In this document: piece after piece, positions 1 through 12,565 of the stretch
Layout: each line of letters begins with the position of its first letter
Numbering within the stretch: position 1 is the first letter of the stretch
Assembly (NCBI GenBank): GCA_950097015.1
Contig: CATNEN010000041.1
Coordinates: 1,426,001 to 1,490,000 of the forward strand
Reading direction: 5' to 3'
From: Macrostomum hystrix
Lineage: Eukaryota; Animalia; Platyhelminthes
Length of the DNA stretch: 64,000 bases
Program-made: the position numbers and the translations under genes
The notes under the pieces: generated by a model
What the model saw: only the letters and a program-made list of their open reading frames with translations
What the model was told of the DNA's origin: nothing
Database searches by the model: none

Positions 1-115
1 CTGACATTTAACAAGTCCGGCCCGGCCCCTGTTCGAATTAGCAACTCAAATTAACTGCAAATCCCTCAACTATGCAGAGCCCGCGCTTCTCGCCAACAAT
101 TGTTTAGCTTTGCAG

Positions 116-241
116 GTGGAGCCAGTTTTTTACTACGCTGCTATCATTATCGGCTACCTGGCGCTGCTTCTGGGTGTGTGTTCTTCTGTTTATTTATTTT
201 GGATTGTCACTAATATTTTTCTAATCTTTGCTTCCCTTTAG
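116..241 (+). CDS. Possible terminal exon encoding a hydrophobic 41-aa peptide (VEPVFYYAAIIIGYLALLLGVCSSVYLFWIVTNIFLIFASL*) of an upstream gene
   Basis: Acceptor-like tttagctttgcAG at 114-115, then an open frame to TAG at 239-241. No homology recognised, and T-rich DNA gives hydrophobic peptides by chance. Confidence 0.2.
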   Translation: MEPVFYYAAIIIGYLALLLGVCSSVYLFWIVTNIFLIFASL

Positions 242-1854
242 TTTGTGTGCTTCTTTGTTTTGTTATATTTTTCATTATGAGGGCGTCTAAGGAGGCTGAT
301 TTTCCGAATTGATTATTTGTGAAATTCCCAGCTTCACCTGAACTTGTGTTGAACTCTTCCTCGATTAGCATATTCTTTGTAGTGCAGGTTGCTGGCCCTG
401 CTGTACCCCAATCTGCACCTGCTTGCTGATTTCTGCTGCTTTCATGTATCATAGTCTCCCCGCACCTGCTTCTGTACAGATTCTAGAGCTAGCCGTTTTA
501 GAGAAATTATTAAAGCGCTCCCACCAACTGCCTGATCCCCAATGCACCGCGTCCTACACAATGGGATATGTGACACAGGTGTTATTCTTATTCGCTTTTT
601 ATCTATATATATATAAATATAACATATAAATACATTAGCCACTATGTACGGTTCCTTCTGTCACAGTTTGGTAATTTGCCTGCAAGCTTTCAATTGAAAA
701 CGTCTGGCATTCTTTCATTTCATTGAGACTGGGGATCAGCAGCATGCGCTGAAGATCCCGTGTGGTTGAGTTCCTGGAAAATCCCATTAGGTATCCAGAG
801 CCGAATTCTAGAACCCACATCAACAATGCGAGTATCTCAACTCCCAAACCCAGATCCTGAATAACAATGTCCCACTAATCTATCAGATAAAAATCCACAT
901 AATCGCAAATCCCGATCCAAAAAAATCCCACCAAGTCTGTCACGGACCCGCGACAAGATCCCAGACTTCATTGATCCCAAACCTCCTGCTAAGGAAGCTG
1001 AATGAGGATGGCGAGTGCCGCATTTGCTTCAAGTGCCATTGTCTTACAGCCATAGTGACATTTTGCCCGCCAGTTTTTCAGAGGAAAGAAGGGAGGCCAG
1101 ACTTGATAAAGTTGAGTTGCTACTGGCTGGCCAGCATGCCAACCAATCACAGACCGGCTGCAGAGTTGCAGCTGCAAGCAGCATTGCTTGTGGCAACTGA
1201 ACCGAAGGCCAGACAGTCACACCGGGAACGGGACAGGCGGCAGACAGAGGAAGCCGAATTGCTTTTTTTAATTTGCGTTTTTATTCTCTGGCGCACACAG
1301 CAACGGGACGACGGGAACGATTTTTTCTCTCAGCTCAGCATGCATTCGAGTGGACCCATTGTGGCACACGGGGCGGGGTGTCTGGATAGCAAAGAGTGGG
1401 CTTAGTTTGGCTGGGGTTGCTGGGCCTTTCTTGTGTCAAGCGACTCACAATGAGGACTCACAGCTGCGTTTGCTCTGGCTCTTATCTCCTCTCCCCGCCC
1501 GCAGCTGGCTTGTAGCACACTGATTTCGCCCTGCCAAGTTGCTCCTGCGGGGGTGGCCACAGCGGTGGCTTTGGGATCGATCAGAGGCGGGGGTGGCTGT
1601 GTGCCCGGGCCGATGAGAGCGGAGTCGGGCGCTGAGAGGCGAAAGGGAAATTGGCAGTGCGACAAAAGCGGGCCGCTCGGATTTCGAAATGGGATATGGA
1701 TTGCTAATCTATGCCGCCTGGGCCAGAGGGACCGCATGATCTGAGCTTGATTTCCGATGCCTGCCTGAAAGGGATCAATGCAAACTTCATCGAAGAATTC
1801 AAGCTGATGCAACCAGTTCATGACCCATCATTACATAATGATTATGACGGCTTA

Positions 1855-2030
1855 GATCCCAGTTCATTCTGATCCCAGGTAGACAGATCCCAGTTCATTC
1901 TGATCCCAGGTAGACAGATCCCAGTTCATTCTGATCCCATGTAGACAGATCCCAGTTTATTCTGATCCCAGGTAGACAGATCCCAGTTCATTCTGATCCC
2001 ATGTAGACAGATCCCATGTAGACAAATCCC
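1855..2030. repeat. 31-bp minisatellite (GATCCCAGTTCATTCTGATCCCAGGTAGACA), about 5 copies
   Basis: Tandem units read directly from the sequence. Confidence 0.9.
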
Positions 2031-2451
2031 GATTCATTAGGACCATATTTTGACTTATTTTGTCTCCCTCTATTGAGACATGCATGTCTGCCTAACATTG
2101 TGCGAAGGCACGGATCAATGAATGCCTTGGGAACCCGAGGGTAAGTGTGGAGGAGGGAGGGAGATAGGGAGTCCGCTGCGTTGGGAAGGACCCAAGCGCC
2201 ACTCCAAGCCCCCTCAACCCGCAGCACAGCCACTGGCGGGGCTCAGGCAGCCAAGCATAACAACATACACGGCCTGCAGCCAGCATTAACTGCATGCTTG
2301 CTGCGCTAAATGCAGCAGCAGCAGCAGCAGCAGCAGCGGTCTCATCCCTCTACGCAGCCACTGACAGCGCCCAGCAATTTATACGCAGGGAGCATTCTGC
2401 AAGGGACTGATTGCGCCTGCTGAGTGCTGAGTTGCACCGACGAAGCAGTGT

Positions 2452-2695
2452 GCTCTACCCTCTCCGCTCTCCCCTTTCCGCTCTCCCCTCTCCGCTCTCC
2501 CCTCTCCGCTCTACCCTCTCCGCTCTACCCTCTCCGCTCTACCCTCTCCGCTCTCCGCTCTCCCCTCTCCGCTCTCCCCTTTCCGCTCTCCCCTCTCCGC
2601 TCTCCCCTCTCCGCTCTCCCCTCTCCCCTCTCCGCTCTCCGCTCTCCCCTCTCCGCTCTCCCCTTTCCGCTCTCCCCTCTCCGTCTCCTATCTCC
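2452..2695. repeat. CT-rich ~14-bp minisatellite (CTCTCCCCTCTCCG)n
   Basis: Tandem units visible; explains the low-complexity ORFs at 2411-2851. Confidence 0.9.
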
Positions 2696-2967
2696 GCTCT
2701 CGCCTCCGGCGGCTGAAAATATATACTGAAATATCCAAGCAGCAGTTTTGGGACGGCCCTTTGTTGTCATACCAACAATGACAGGGCCGGAAAGAGCTGT
2801 GTTTGGCGTATTGTGCGCCATTACATTATTTGGAAACTGGGACTGGGACAATGATTGGATTATAAACCAATCTTTTTATTTAGAATTGGGATTTTAATTA
2901 TAATTTTGAACAGGGATGCATCGAGAAATTTCATTTTCTAGAGATCAGATATCCATAGAAATGCTCG

Positions 2968-3108
2968 ATACTCCCAGACATCCTACACTGTACTCCCAGA
3001 CATCCTACACAATACTCCCAGACATCCTACAGCTGTACTCCCAGGCATCCTACACTGTACTCCTACACATTCTACACTGTACTATCAGACATCCTACACT
3101 ATACTCCC
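2968..3108. repeat. Degenerate 22-bp minisatellite (TACTCCCAGACATCCTACACTG), about 6 copies
   Basis: Tandem units with substitutions are visible. Confidence 0.8.
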
Positions 3109-3626
3109 CTACGGTATTAGCCTATGTTATCGCGGTGATTCGCCACTATTTGAGTGCAAATCCTCAGGTTTATTAATTTCGATGCTGTCACAGAAATATC
3201 CATTCGCACAGCTTCAAACGCAGGCCTAGCCTGCAGTTGTCGAATAATGTCTATTATATGTATGCATATAATGCAGGGCTGGCAGTCCAGGAGGATGAGT
3301 GAAGGGACTATAGGGACGAGGCATGGGAGAAAACTGGGGAATATAGGAGGCGGCGGTTAAGGGGATCTGGAGAGAGGGGAGGGAGAGAGAGCGAGCAGGA
3401 TGAAGCTGGCCCAGTTTCCGTCGCATAAAATATGCCCAGGGAAAATGAAATGCAGGGTCTGGCAGAGCCTCAGAGGGACCAGTTCCGCAGCCTCCCTCCC
3501 AGCCGGCTGTGTGGGAAGCGGAGGGGGAGGTCCACTGGCCCACTGCATTGCGGGATGCCGCGCCTCGCTTGAAGGCTGCAGCACAGCGCATTGCGGCTGG
3601 AGGAAGGAGGCCGAAGTTAATGAATG

Positions 3627-3639
3627 TGACTGCTGCTAC

Positions 3640-3673
<34 letters not shown>

Positions 3674-3680
3674 GCTGCTT
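3627..3680. repeat. (CTG/CTA)n trinucleotide microsatellite
   Basis: Read directly from the sequence. Confidence 0.85.
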
Positions 3681-3811
3681 AGTGCTTGGTGTTTTAACCG
3701 AGACCGGTTATAGGGCGAGATGTACTGCGTGGCACAGCTAAATCTTAGCGCGAACCATTTATAAAAATGGCAATTCATTTTATTTACAGTTAATCCAACT
3801 GTACGTCTATG

Positions 3812-4405
3812 CAGCTGTGGGTTTATCAAGCTGTGGGTTTATCAAGCTGTGGGTTTCTTAAGCTGTGGGTTTCTCAAGCTATGGGTTTATCAAGCTATGG
3901 GTTTATCAAGCTGTGGGTTTCTCAAGCTGTTGGTTTCTTAAGCTGTGGGTTTATCAAGCTGTGGGTTTCTCAAGCTGTGGGTTTATCAAGCTGTGGGTTT
4001 ATCAAGCTTTGGGTTTATCAAGCTGTGGGTTTATCAAGCTGTGGGTTTCTCAAGCTGTGGGTTTCTCAAGCTGTGGGTTTATCAAGCTGTGGGTTTATCA
4101 AGCTGTGGGTTTCTCAAGCTGTGGGTTTATCAAGCTGTGGGTTTATCAAGCTGTGGGTTTATCAAGCTGTGGGTTTATCAAGCTGTGGGTTTTTCTCAAG
4201 CTGTGGGTTTCTCAAGCTGTGGGTTTATCAAGCTGTGGGTTTCTCAAGCTGTGGGTTTCTCAAGCTGTGGGTTTATCAAGCTGTGGGTTTATCAAGCTGT
4301 GGTTTTCTCAAGCTGTGGGTTTCTCAAGCTGTGGGTTTCTCAAGCTGTGGGTTTCTCAAGCTGTGGGTTTATCAAGCTGTGGGTTTATCAAGCTGTGGGT
4401 TTATC
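3812..4405. repeat. 16-bp minisatellite (CAAGCTGTGGGTTT[A/C]T)n
   Basis: Near-perfect tandem units; source of the repetitive ORFs at 3809-4424. Confidence 0.95.
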
Positions 4406-5857
4406 ATTGCCTAGTCTGAACTAACTATCTGCATTTTCACTGCCATTCAAGCTGCAATGTCCTGCCCATTGTCAGAGTCTTCTGCTTTCTGAAAAAGCTT
4501 TGCCTGCACCCCTTCCCCAATTCTTTTCAAAGACACCCCCTTCGAAGACAAAGCCCCTTGGTTGACAAAGGCATCCATCCAACACTCTTTCTTGGAGCTT
4601 TCGGATTTCATTGTGGGTGAGCGCAGGTGACAGCCGTGCTGTCTGGTCTCACAACAGCTGCAGCTGCAACTTCAGCACAGGAGAAAGCGAGAATCTGCCC
4701 AAGTGGCCATCGGCAGTAGCTCAGCAGCCCACGCAGAGATCCCGGCAGAGATAGAAGAGATGGGAAAACTCTAATGACACACGCTTCCTCGGGGCCCGTG
4801 CAAGGCGAGGAGGAAGAAGGAAGGGGCAAAGAGAAGGGGAGTGTGTGTGCTCATGCTCAGACAGGAAAAAGAAAGGTCTAGCTAGGCAGTGTCTCGTTTC
4901 TTTGTTCACAAAGCCTCATCAATGGCCTCAATCAATGGGCCCCACTGCCAGCTGCTTGGATGCAGTTCACAGGTGGGCCGGCATTGAGCGATCGGAAATG
5001 CTCAGCCTTTAATCTGGACACTTGGGGGGGGGAGCAATAGCGCAGCTGACCGCAGCAACTGAGACACAAGACTCCATCTAACAAGGCTTGACGAGAGCCT
5101 GATGCAATAATCTGAGAAAGCTGAACACTCCAACCATCGAGTTAATTGACTCAGTGAAAAGCCTCCCAGCTGCTACGCTGATCCAGGCCTACAAATGCAA
5201 ATGCAGAGAGCAGAGCAGATAAGTGAGTGAGAGCAGCAGAAGCTGTCAGGCCATTAATTAGACATGCGGGCGGGCTGGCTCTTCATCGCTGCGCGGCTGG
5301 AGACAGGCGGCAGTCACGCAGGCAGTCCCGCTGCTCGCTATCACTTCACCCTGGCCTGGGGGTGGCGGAAACCGCGGACCCCGGCTCGGAGACGGCGAGT
5401 TGAACGGCTCTGATTGGCTCTGGCCCGGCAGCCAGTCACAGTAGCTCAATCCCACACAGGAGCCTCATCAGTCAGAGAGGCCTTGCCGCCTCTCGCTCCA
5501 GAAGGAGAATGAGCCCCAGCCCTTCATTCTGCAGTTTCCTCCAGCCTTCCAAATGCAAACTCGGCACAGCCGCGCGGCTCTCCCGTTCACTCAGTGCTTT
5601 GGGAAATTGCAGCCTTAGCCAAGCAGAAATCAATACCCCCCTCTCCACATCCATTCCACGGCACTTCTCCTTTCGCTTCTCTCTCTCAATCGTGTTGTTG
5701 CGAATTCTTTTCACTAATCGCCTCTCGTCTCGGCTTTGGTGCGGTGGGTCCGTCCCGCGCGGACTGCAGCCCGCAGTGCGCAGAATAAACAGCTGCGCTT
5801 CCCCGCAGCTCTGAACAGCAGACCTCCCACTCTGCTCTCTGTGGTCTCTCTGCCTCT

Positions 5858-6055
5858 GCCTGCCTCTGTCTGTCTGTCTGCCTCTGTCTGTCTGTCCGTC
5901 TGTCTGTCTGTCTGTCTGTCTGTCTGCCTCTGTCTGTCTGTCCGTCTGTCTGTCTGTCTGTCTGTCTGTCTGCCTCTGTCTGTCTGTCTGTCTGTCTGTG
6001 CTGGGTGTCTGTCTGTCTGTCCGTGCTGGGTGTCTGTCTGTCTGTCTGTGCTGGG

Positions 6056-6100
<45 letters not shown>

Positions 6101-6205
6101 GCCTGCCTGCCTCTGTCTGTCTGTCTGTTTATTTGTCTTTGCCTGTCTCTTTCTGTCTGTATGCGTCTCTCTGTCTGTCTTTCTCTGTCTGCCCCTGTCT
6201 GTCTC
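5858..6205. repeat. (TGTC)n tetranucleotide microsatellite with GTGCTGGG interruptions
   Basis: Read directly from the sequence. Confidence 0.95.
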
Positions 6206-6331
6206 TGAAACTGTCAGTGTCCCTGGCCCTCTGTCTCTAACTTCAAATCCAAAGAAAGATTTTCTGTTTCGTTAATGCGGTCTCGTGTCAGCTGACCGAA
6301 TTAGCTGCCGTCTTCCAACCAGTTTGCAACA

Positions 6332-6389
6332 CTCATCTGCTCATCTGCTCATCTGCTCATCTGCTCATCTGCTCATCTGCTCATCTGCT
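6332..6389. repeat. (CTCATCTG)n 8-bp tandem repeat
   Basis: About 7 copies visible. Confidence 0.85.
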
Positions 6390-7169
6390 GTACTCACTGC
6401 GGTCAATGCAGGGCCATCTGCCGCCGCTTGCCAGCAAGGATGCCCCTCATTCGCATTCAGCCGATAAGTCCCATCTCGATTCAGCCCATATCAAATGAGC
6501 TGTTGAACTCAAACAAAAACAAAGCGAGTGCTCAATCTAAAAGAGTTTCGCTTGAGTTTGGAGTGATGCAGCTCTCAAGATAAATTTCATTGCGGCCCAG
6601 TGATTGTGTGCTCGCCAGGCAGTTGCTAGCCTCCCCCCACCCCGCGCCCCAAGCCTGCGGTGCTGGCCCTCCAGGCCTTGTGTGCGCGCTCCGACGGCCA
6701 CTGCGCAGGAAGCTGACCGCCCCCACCGCTTTATTAGCTGTCATACCTGGGCCCGTCTGGCTCAATCAAGCTTTATTAGCCCGCGCTGTGCTCTGCGCTT
6801 CACCTCAACTCTGAGGCGCTGCCACTCAGCCCCAGCCGCCCGCCAGCCTCCAGCAGTCACAGCTGGCGCATAAACTTGCGTCACGCGATGCCGCATGGAT
6901 GCTGGCCTCATCCTGAGCACTTGGGGCGGTGCCGGACTCAATAATAGGCTAGGGTGGGGCCTGCCTCAGCAGCTGATGCAGCCTGCTCCACCTGGCATAC
7001 AATAGACTCTCACACACACACAAACTCACGCATTACACAGTCTAAAAAATGGAGTTGAAAGAAGATGACAAAGATGAGGCCGCCCACTGCCACCTAAGCG
7101 CCGCCAACAATTTCATGCAGTGCAAAAACATCAGGCTTCAGGCTAGTGGAAACCCTGGAATGCAGAGTA

Positions 7170-8196
7170 TCCGAAACATCTGAGAACCCGAAACTTCTGA
7201 GAACCCGAAACTTCTGAGAATCTGAAACTTCTGAGAACCCGAAACTTCTGAGAACCCGAAACTTCTGAGAACCCGAAACTTCTGAGAATCCGAAACTTCT
7301 GAGAATCCGAAACTTCTGAGAATCCGAAAACTTCTGAGAATCCGAAACATCTGAGAACCCAAAACTGCTGAGAACCCGAAACACCTGAGAACCCGAAACA
7401 CCTGAGAACCCGAAACACCTGAGAACCCGAAACTCATGAGAACCCGAAACTCATGAGAGCCCAAAACTTCTAAAAACCCAACAATTCTCAGAGCCCGAAA
7501 CTTCTGAGAGCTCGAAACTTCTGAGAACCCAAAAATTCTCAGAGCCCGAAACTTCTGAGAACCCAAAGATTCTCAGAGCCCGAAACTTCTGAGAACCCAA
7601 AAATTCTCAGAGCCCGAAACTTCTGAGAACCCAAAAATTCTCAGAGCCCGAAACTTCTGAGAACCCGAAACTTCTGAGAGCTCGAAACTTCTGAGAGCCC
7701 GAAACTTCTGAGAACTCGAAACTTCTGAGAGCCCGAAACTTCTGAGAACTCGAAACTTCTGAGAGCCCGAAACTTCTGAGAGCCCGAAACTTCTGAGAGC
7801 CCGAAACTCATGAGAACTCGAAACTTCTGAGAGCCCGAAACTTCTGAGAGCCCGAAACTTCTGAGAGCTCGAAACTTCTGAGAGCCCGAAACTTCTGAGA
7901 ACTCGAAACTTCTGAGAGCCCGAAACTTCTGAGAACTCGAAACTTCTGAGAGCCCGAAACTCATGAGAACTCGAAACTTCTGAGAGCCCGAAACTTCTGA
8001 GAGCCCGAAACTTCTGAGAGCCCGAAACTTCTGAGAGCCCGAAACTTCTGAGAGCCCGAAACTTCTGAGAGCCCGAAACTTCTGAGAGCTCGAAACTCGA
8101 GAACCCGAAACTCGAGTACCCGAAACTCATGAGAACCCGAAACTCGAGAGCCCGAAACTCATGAGAACCCGAAGCTTCTGAGAGCCCGAAACTTCT
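7170..8196. repeat. 16-bp minisatellite (CCGAAACTTCTGAGA[A/G])n, about 1 kb
   Basis: Tandem units visible, with variants changing along the array. Confidence 0.95.
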
Positions 8197-9246
8197 GTAA
8201 ATGTGAACCATTTGCAAAGGTGTTTTCTGGTGTCCTCTGTCAAGTCAACTAATCTAAAAATAATATTCACCTGATCTGAAGAAGCAAACACAGCTACAGG
8301 CAAAACGCAAACCAAATGGCACACAATGCAGAAGTGGGGCCAGCAAAGTTTGCCGCACAGTGATAAGAGACTGTTGGTGCAGTGATAGCAGCCATGCAGG
8401 TCAAGCCTTATCAGCAGCGCATTCTCAGCCGCAGGCAGATTGTGCGCCGGCCAGGACTCTCGTTTTGACAAACAAAGCTTTAATATCGACCTCGTTTGCC
8501 TCTGGCCGGGTGCCACGGGATTGTTTCTGCCAGTTTGTCTGCACGATCAGATCTGTTTCATTGGCCAATAGCCAAATGCTGTTCTGTTTACTGCTGGCTG
8601 CATTTCGTGTTGCTGAATTGCTTTGGAATGAAGCCAATCCTGCAAACAGGCAAACTTCACATGCTGATGACATCTCGCACAGCTTGCTGGCTATTCAGCT
8701 GATCAAACGTGTCTAAATGACCCGTTAGTTATGCCAGCAAAACCAAAACAGCCTTGTGTCACCACTCCCTTCACAAAATATTAAAATTTTAACTTATTGA
8801 GCAAATTAATTTTGGCATGAAATGGAAAGACTTTACTTTGGGAAATTTTCCCATTATGCGTTGGGGAACAGCTGGGCCTGGCATGGCAACTGGGCTAGCC
8901 TGCCTGAGCTCATTATTACCTGGTCGCGCCCGATTGCCACATCTTCACCCACGCGATTCCCCCACATTGCCAGCATCTCCCGGTGCTTTGGCTTTCCAAG
9001 AATTTCTGCGAAATCCCCACAAGCAAATCGAGTCTCGAGTTTCCCTGCGGTGCAGAATAATATTTCCCCACTTTCACATTCCTTTGAATCCAAATGCGCC
9101 TCTTCCATTTTATCCTTCCCATGCCCGCCCCCCGCTGCCAGCTTGTCTCAATTTCCACTTTGTCTGCTTTTAGCGAGCCAATTATCATTCTTTGTATCTG
9201 CAGCTTGATATCAGCCCGCCATCACGCTCTCTCATCAAGCTTCTCC

Positions 9247-9686
9247 ACTTCTCTCCTCTCCCACTGTCCTCTCCCACTCTCCTCTCCCACTCTCCTCTCC
9301 CACTCTCCTCTCCCACTCTCCTCTCCCACTGTCCTCTCCCACTCTCCTCTCCCACTGTCCTCTCCCACTGTCCTCTCCCACTCTCCTCTCCCACTCTCCT
9401 CTCCCACTCTCCTCTCCCACTCTCCTCTCCCACTCTCCTCTCCCACTCTCCTCTCCCACTCTCCTCTCCCACTCTCTTCTCCCACTCTCTTCTCCCACTC
9501 TCCTCTCCCTCTCTCCTCTCCCACTCTCCTCTCCCACTCTCCTCTCCCACTTTCCTCTCCCACTCTCTTCTCCCTCTCTCTTCTCCCACTCTCCTCTCCC
9601 ACTCTCCTCTCCCACTCTCCTCTCCCACTCTCCTCTCCCACTCTCCTCTCCCACTCTCTTCTCCCACTCTCTTCTCCCTCTCTCTG
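9247..9686. repeat. 13-bp CT-rich minisatellite (CTCTCCTCTCCCA)n
   Basis: Read directly; homopyrimidine-biased. Confidence 0.95.
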
Positions 9687-12565
9687 CCCTGACGAATAAT
9701 ATAAAAATAATTCTAAAATTCTGCCAATTTACTAAAATCTTCTGCGTTACTTTGGTGATGCCTTCCGCTCATCTCCCTCTCTGCCATATTCTCAACCTAT
9801 CTCTTCCTCTTCACTCTCCTCTCCTCTCCCTTTCTCATCTCCTCTCTCACCCCATCTCATCTCCAAGCGCAGGGCCTCTTTCCCATGATCGAATGCCCGC
9901 AGTGCTCGTCAACGGGACGCGCTGGCACAATGCGAGGCCTTCAAAGCTGGCGAGGACGCGGGCGGCCATGCGCGGAGATCAATTGCCCAAAAAATCCCTC
10001 CTTCCTTCAATCCCAAACTGGGACTTCTCATCCGTCTCTCCCTAACCGCGCGGGCTGGGACGAGTCGAAGGGCTTGGGAAGGGAATGAAGGGGAGAAAAG
10101 TGCCGAGTCGCAATGATGAGGCAGCTCAGAGAGGCTGCACTGGGGAAGGCGCAGACTGAGGCGCTTTTCCCAATCTCAGCGGCGCTGCATTGGAAAAATG
10201 GAGAGATCCCCGCCTGTCTTCTCCATCCTCCAACTCCCTCATTCAGCCCATGGGCCCGCTTCCTTCCTTTGAATCCAGCTCCGCGTCCCCCCTCATTTTT
10301 ATGAGCCTGGGCGGAAGCCTGCAGCCACTTCCACACGCAGCTTCCTCCGCGGACTGGCGCGGCTGCCGCATTCACTCCACCGACAGTGCACTGCTGCTGC
10401 TGCTGCTGCTGCCTCTGCCGATGCCGCTGCTGCATGCGGTGAATTATTTAATCAGCAGAGTGAAACCTGTGATGCAGACCGTCCGCACACCTCCATGGCG
10501 GCAGAGCACACCGGGAGTGAAGGGCCTGCGGCAGCTGTCACAGCCTCTCCAGGCAGCCCCACTGAAATTCACTCATTCTTTTTATTCTTCCCATTTTCAT
10601 CCAGCATTTTCTCCGCGGGTTTTGGAGCCAGATCCGTCATCGACTCACTTACCCGGCTGCATTTCACCTGTCTATCGTCACAGATCCAAGCCCCTCTATA
10701 CCTGCCTGTCAGGACACATGATAGCTGCAAATTCCGCATACATTTCTACCAAATGCAACCTTGTGTGTCCGACAGCTTTGTGGCACTGTGGGATGGGGCT
10801 GCAATCTGCCAGCAAGCAGCAGCAGCAGCAGCAGCATCTTGCTTGGTCCATTCCTAAATGGAATGCCAATGGGAGAGAGGTCCTCCAGCAGCTGTCCCAT
10901 GCGGCCCCCGGCTTCCGTGGGTGACTGCTGCCTCCCCCTTGATCCCCCGAGGCCGCCTTCCCCATCGCTGCCATCCCATCCCCCTGCTACCGATGTCAGC
11001 GGAGCGGAATCGCCCCCCGCGATTTCCCGGGCGAGATAAGCAGCTTTGCCTGCGCCCCCGAATCCCTCATAATCTGGGGATATGATGCCACCGACCGCCG
11101 CTGACTGCAGGCTGCGGCTTCTGATCCCTATCCTTTAAATCCCATTTCCCAATACTCTGGGCGGGAGTGCGAGCTGCGTCTGTGGCAAATGGCATCCCCC
11201 CAGCAATGAAGTCTGAAGAAACAATAGAAGCCAATCACTGATGTGGAGACGAATCAAGAAAGAACAAGTGACAATCGGTTGGGAGCTGTCGACAAAGACC
11301 TGTAGGCTGAATTACACATACATGATTGCACAACTGCTAATTATAGACCCATGTTGGTGGTGACAGGGGTGCGAACACAGAGTTGACCATAGATATATTT
11401 ATTTAGTTATTTACATTGTTAAATACGCTCGAAACTGAATCCGACCCAACTCTCATCTGATTTCACCACTGAAATTGCGTAAAAGAGCCCCAGAGGAGCT
11501 ATTAGGGTTTGCAAGGGTGCCGCCGCCTTTAGCGTTTCAATGGCGCAAGCCTGCGCAGCAGAATTGTATTAACGGCAGTTGCTCGAAGTCAATTGACCAA
11601 GCCTTCCACCCTCCTACGGTTGCCTCGCCTGCAATGGCTGTAGGTCCCAGACACTGCGCAGATGTTGGGGCTGAAAAATTTTATTCTTTCCGTGCAGTCG
11701 ATCGTCTTCCATCTTTACTAATTCAAATGCAAACTCACTTCGCCTTTCGCTGTGCTTTCTTTGCTTATACCTCGGGCGCTTTGTCCTGCCTTTGGCCATC
11801 GAAACTGGATCCATCTGTCTTCGGACGCGCGCGAAGCAGAAATTGAAACCGCGAATATTAGAAAGAGCTAGATTTTGAACACTTGTGACTTCTGCTCGCT
11901 CTGGAACCCTTTGCCTCATGTTTTAACAATTATTAAATTGAACAAAGTTTGTGCAAATTCCCTTTCAGTTAAATAAAAAATATTACATTTAATCTGGGAT
12001 TTCAATAGTGGGTTACGCTAAACTACAGAAGCCTAGAAATAGCGTTAATATGCCTTCTCCGATTTTATTTTGGTGTTGCAAATTACACTTAAAGTTCAAG
12101 TCTATTAAAACGCGAATGTTGTTCAGTTGATTTTACTGAAAGTAGGACAATATGCATGCAGCTATAACAATTAAAGAAAGAGCTTGATTTAATGTCCAAT
12201 ATAAGTCAAGTCAAAGACCTCTTTCGTCTTCGGGTGCAGTAAAGCGAGTAGCTTATGCTTCAAGATGTTACGCTCCTGACTATAAAGTGGTTTAATTATA
12301 GACATTCTGGCAAAAGGCAAATAATAAGCTCAGGAAACACAGATAAAAAATATTCTAGTTGATTTGTCCCCAGCAATTTTCTCAACACGGCGCGAAACTA
12401 ATGATCTAAATCGTAATATCCATGATCTAACGAAACAGCTAAAGGTTTTAAAAATGACATTTTTGAATTAGTTCCGTCAAATAAAAAACGCGTTGCATTT
12501 GTTTTACTTAACCGTTTTCGTTTTAGTTTTTACGATATTTACGAGGCGTTGAGGGTCGTTCAAGC

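Noticed and set aside
3809-9699. Repetitive ORFs at 3809-4424, 5736-6275, 7094-8217 and 9094-9699
   Set aside because: All are translations of micro- or minisatellites.
10190-10924. 244-aa ORF in the gene-poor 1-12 kb region
   Set aside because: No motifs, no codon bias and no convincing splice structure; no gene could be supported in 250-12500.
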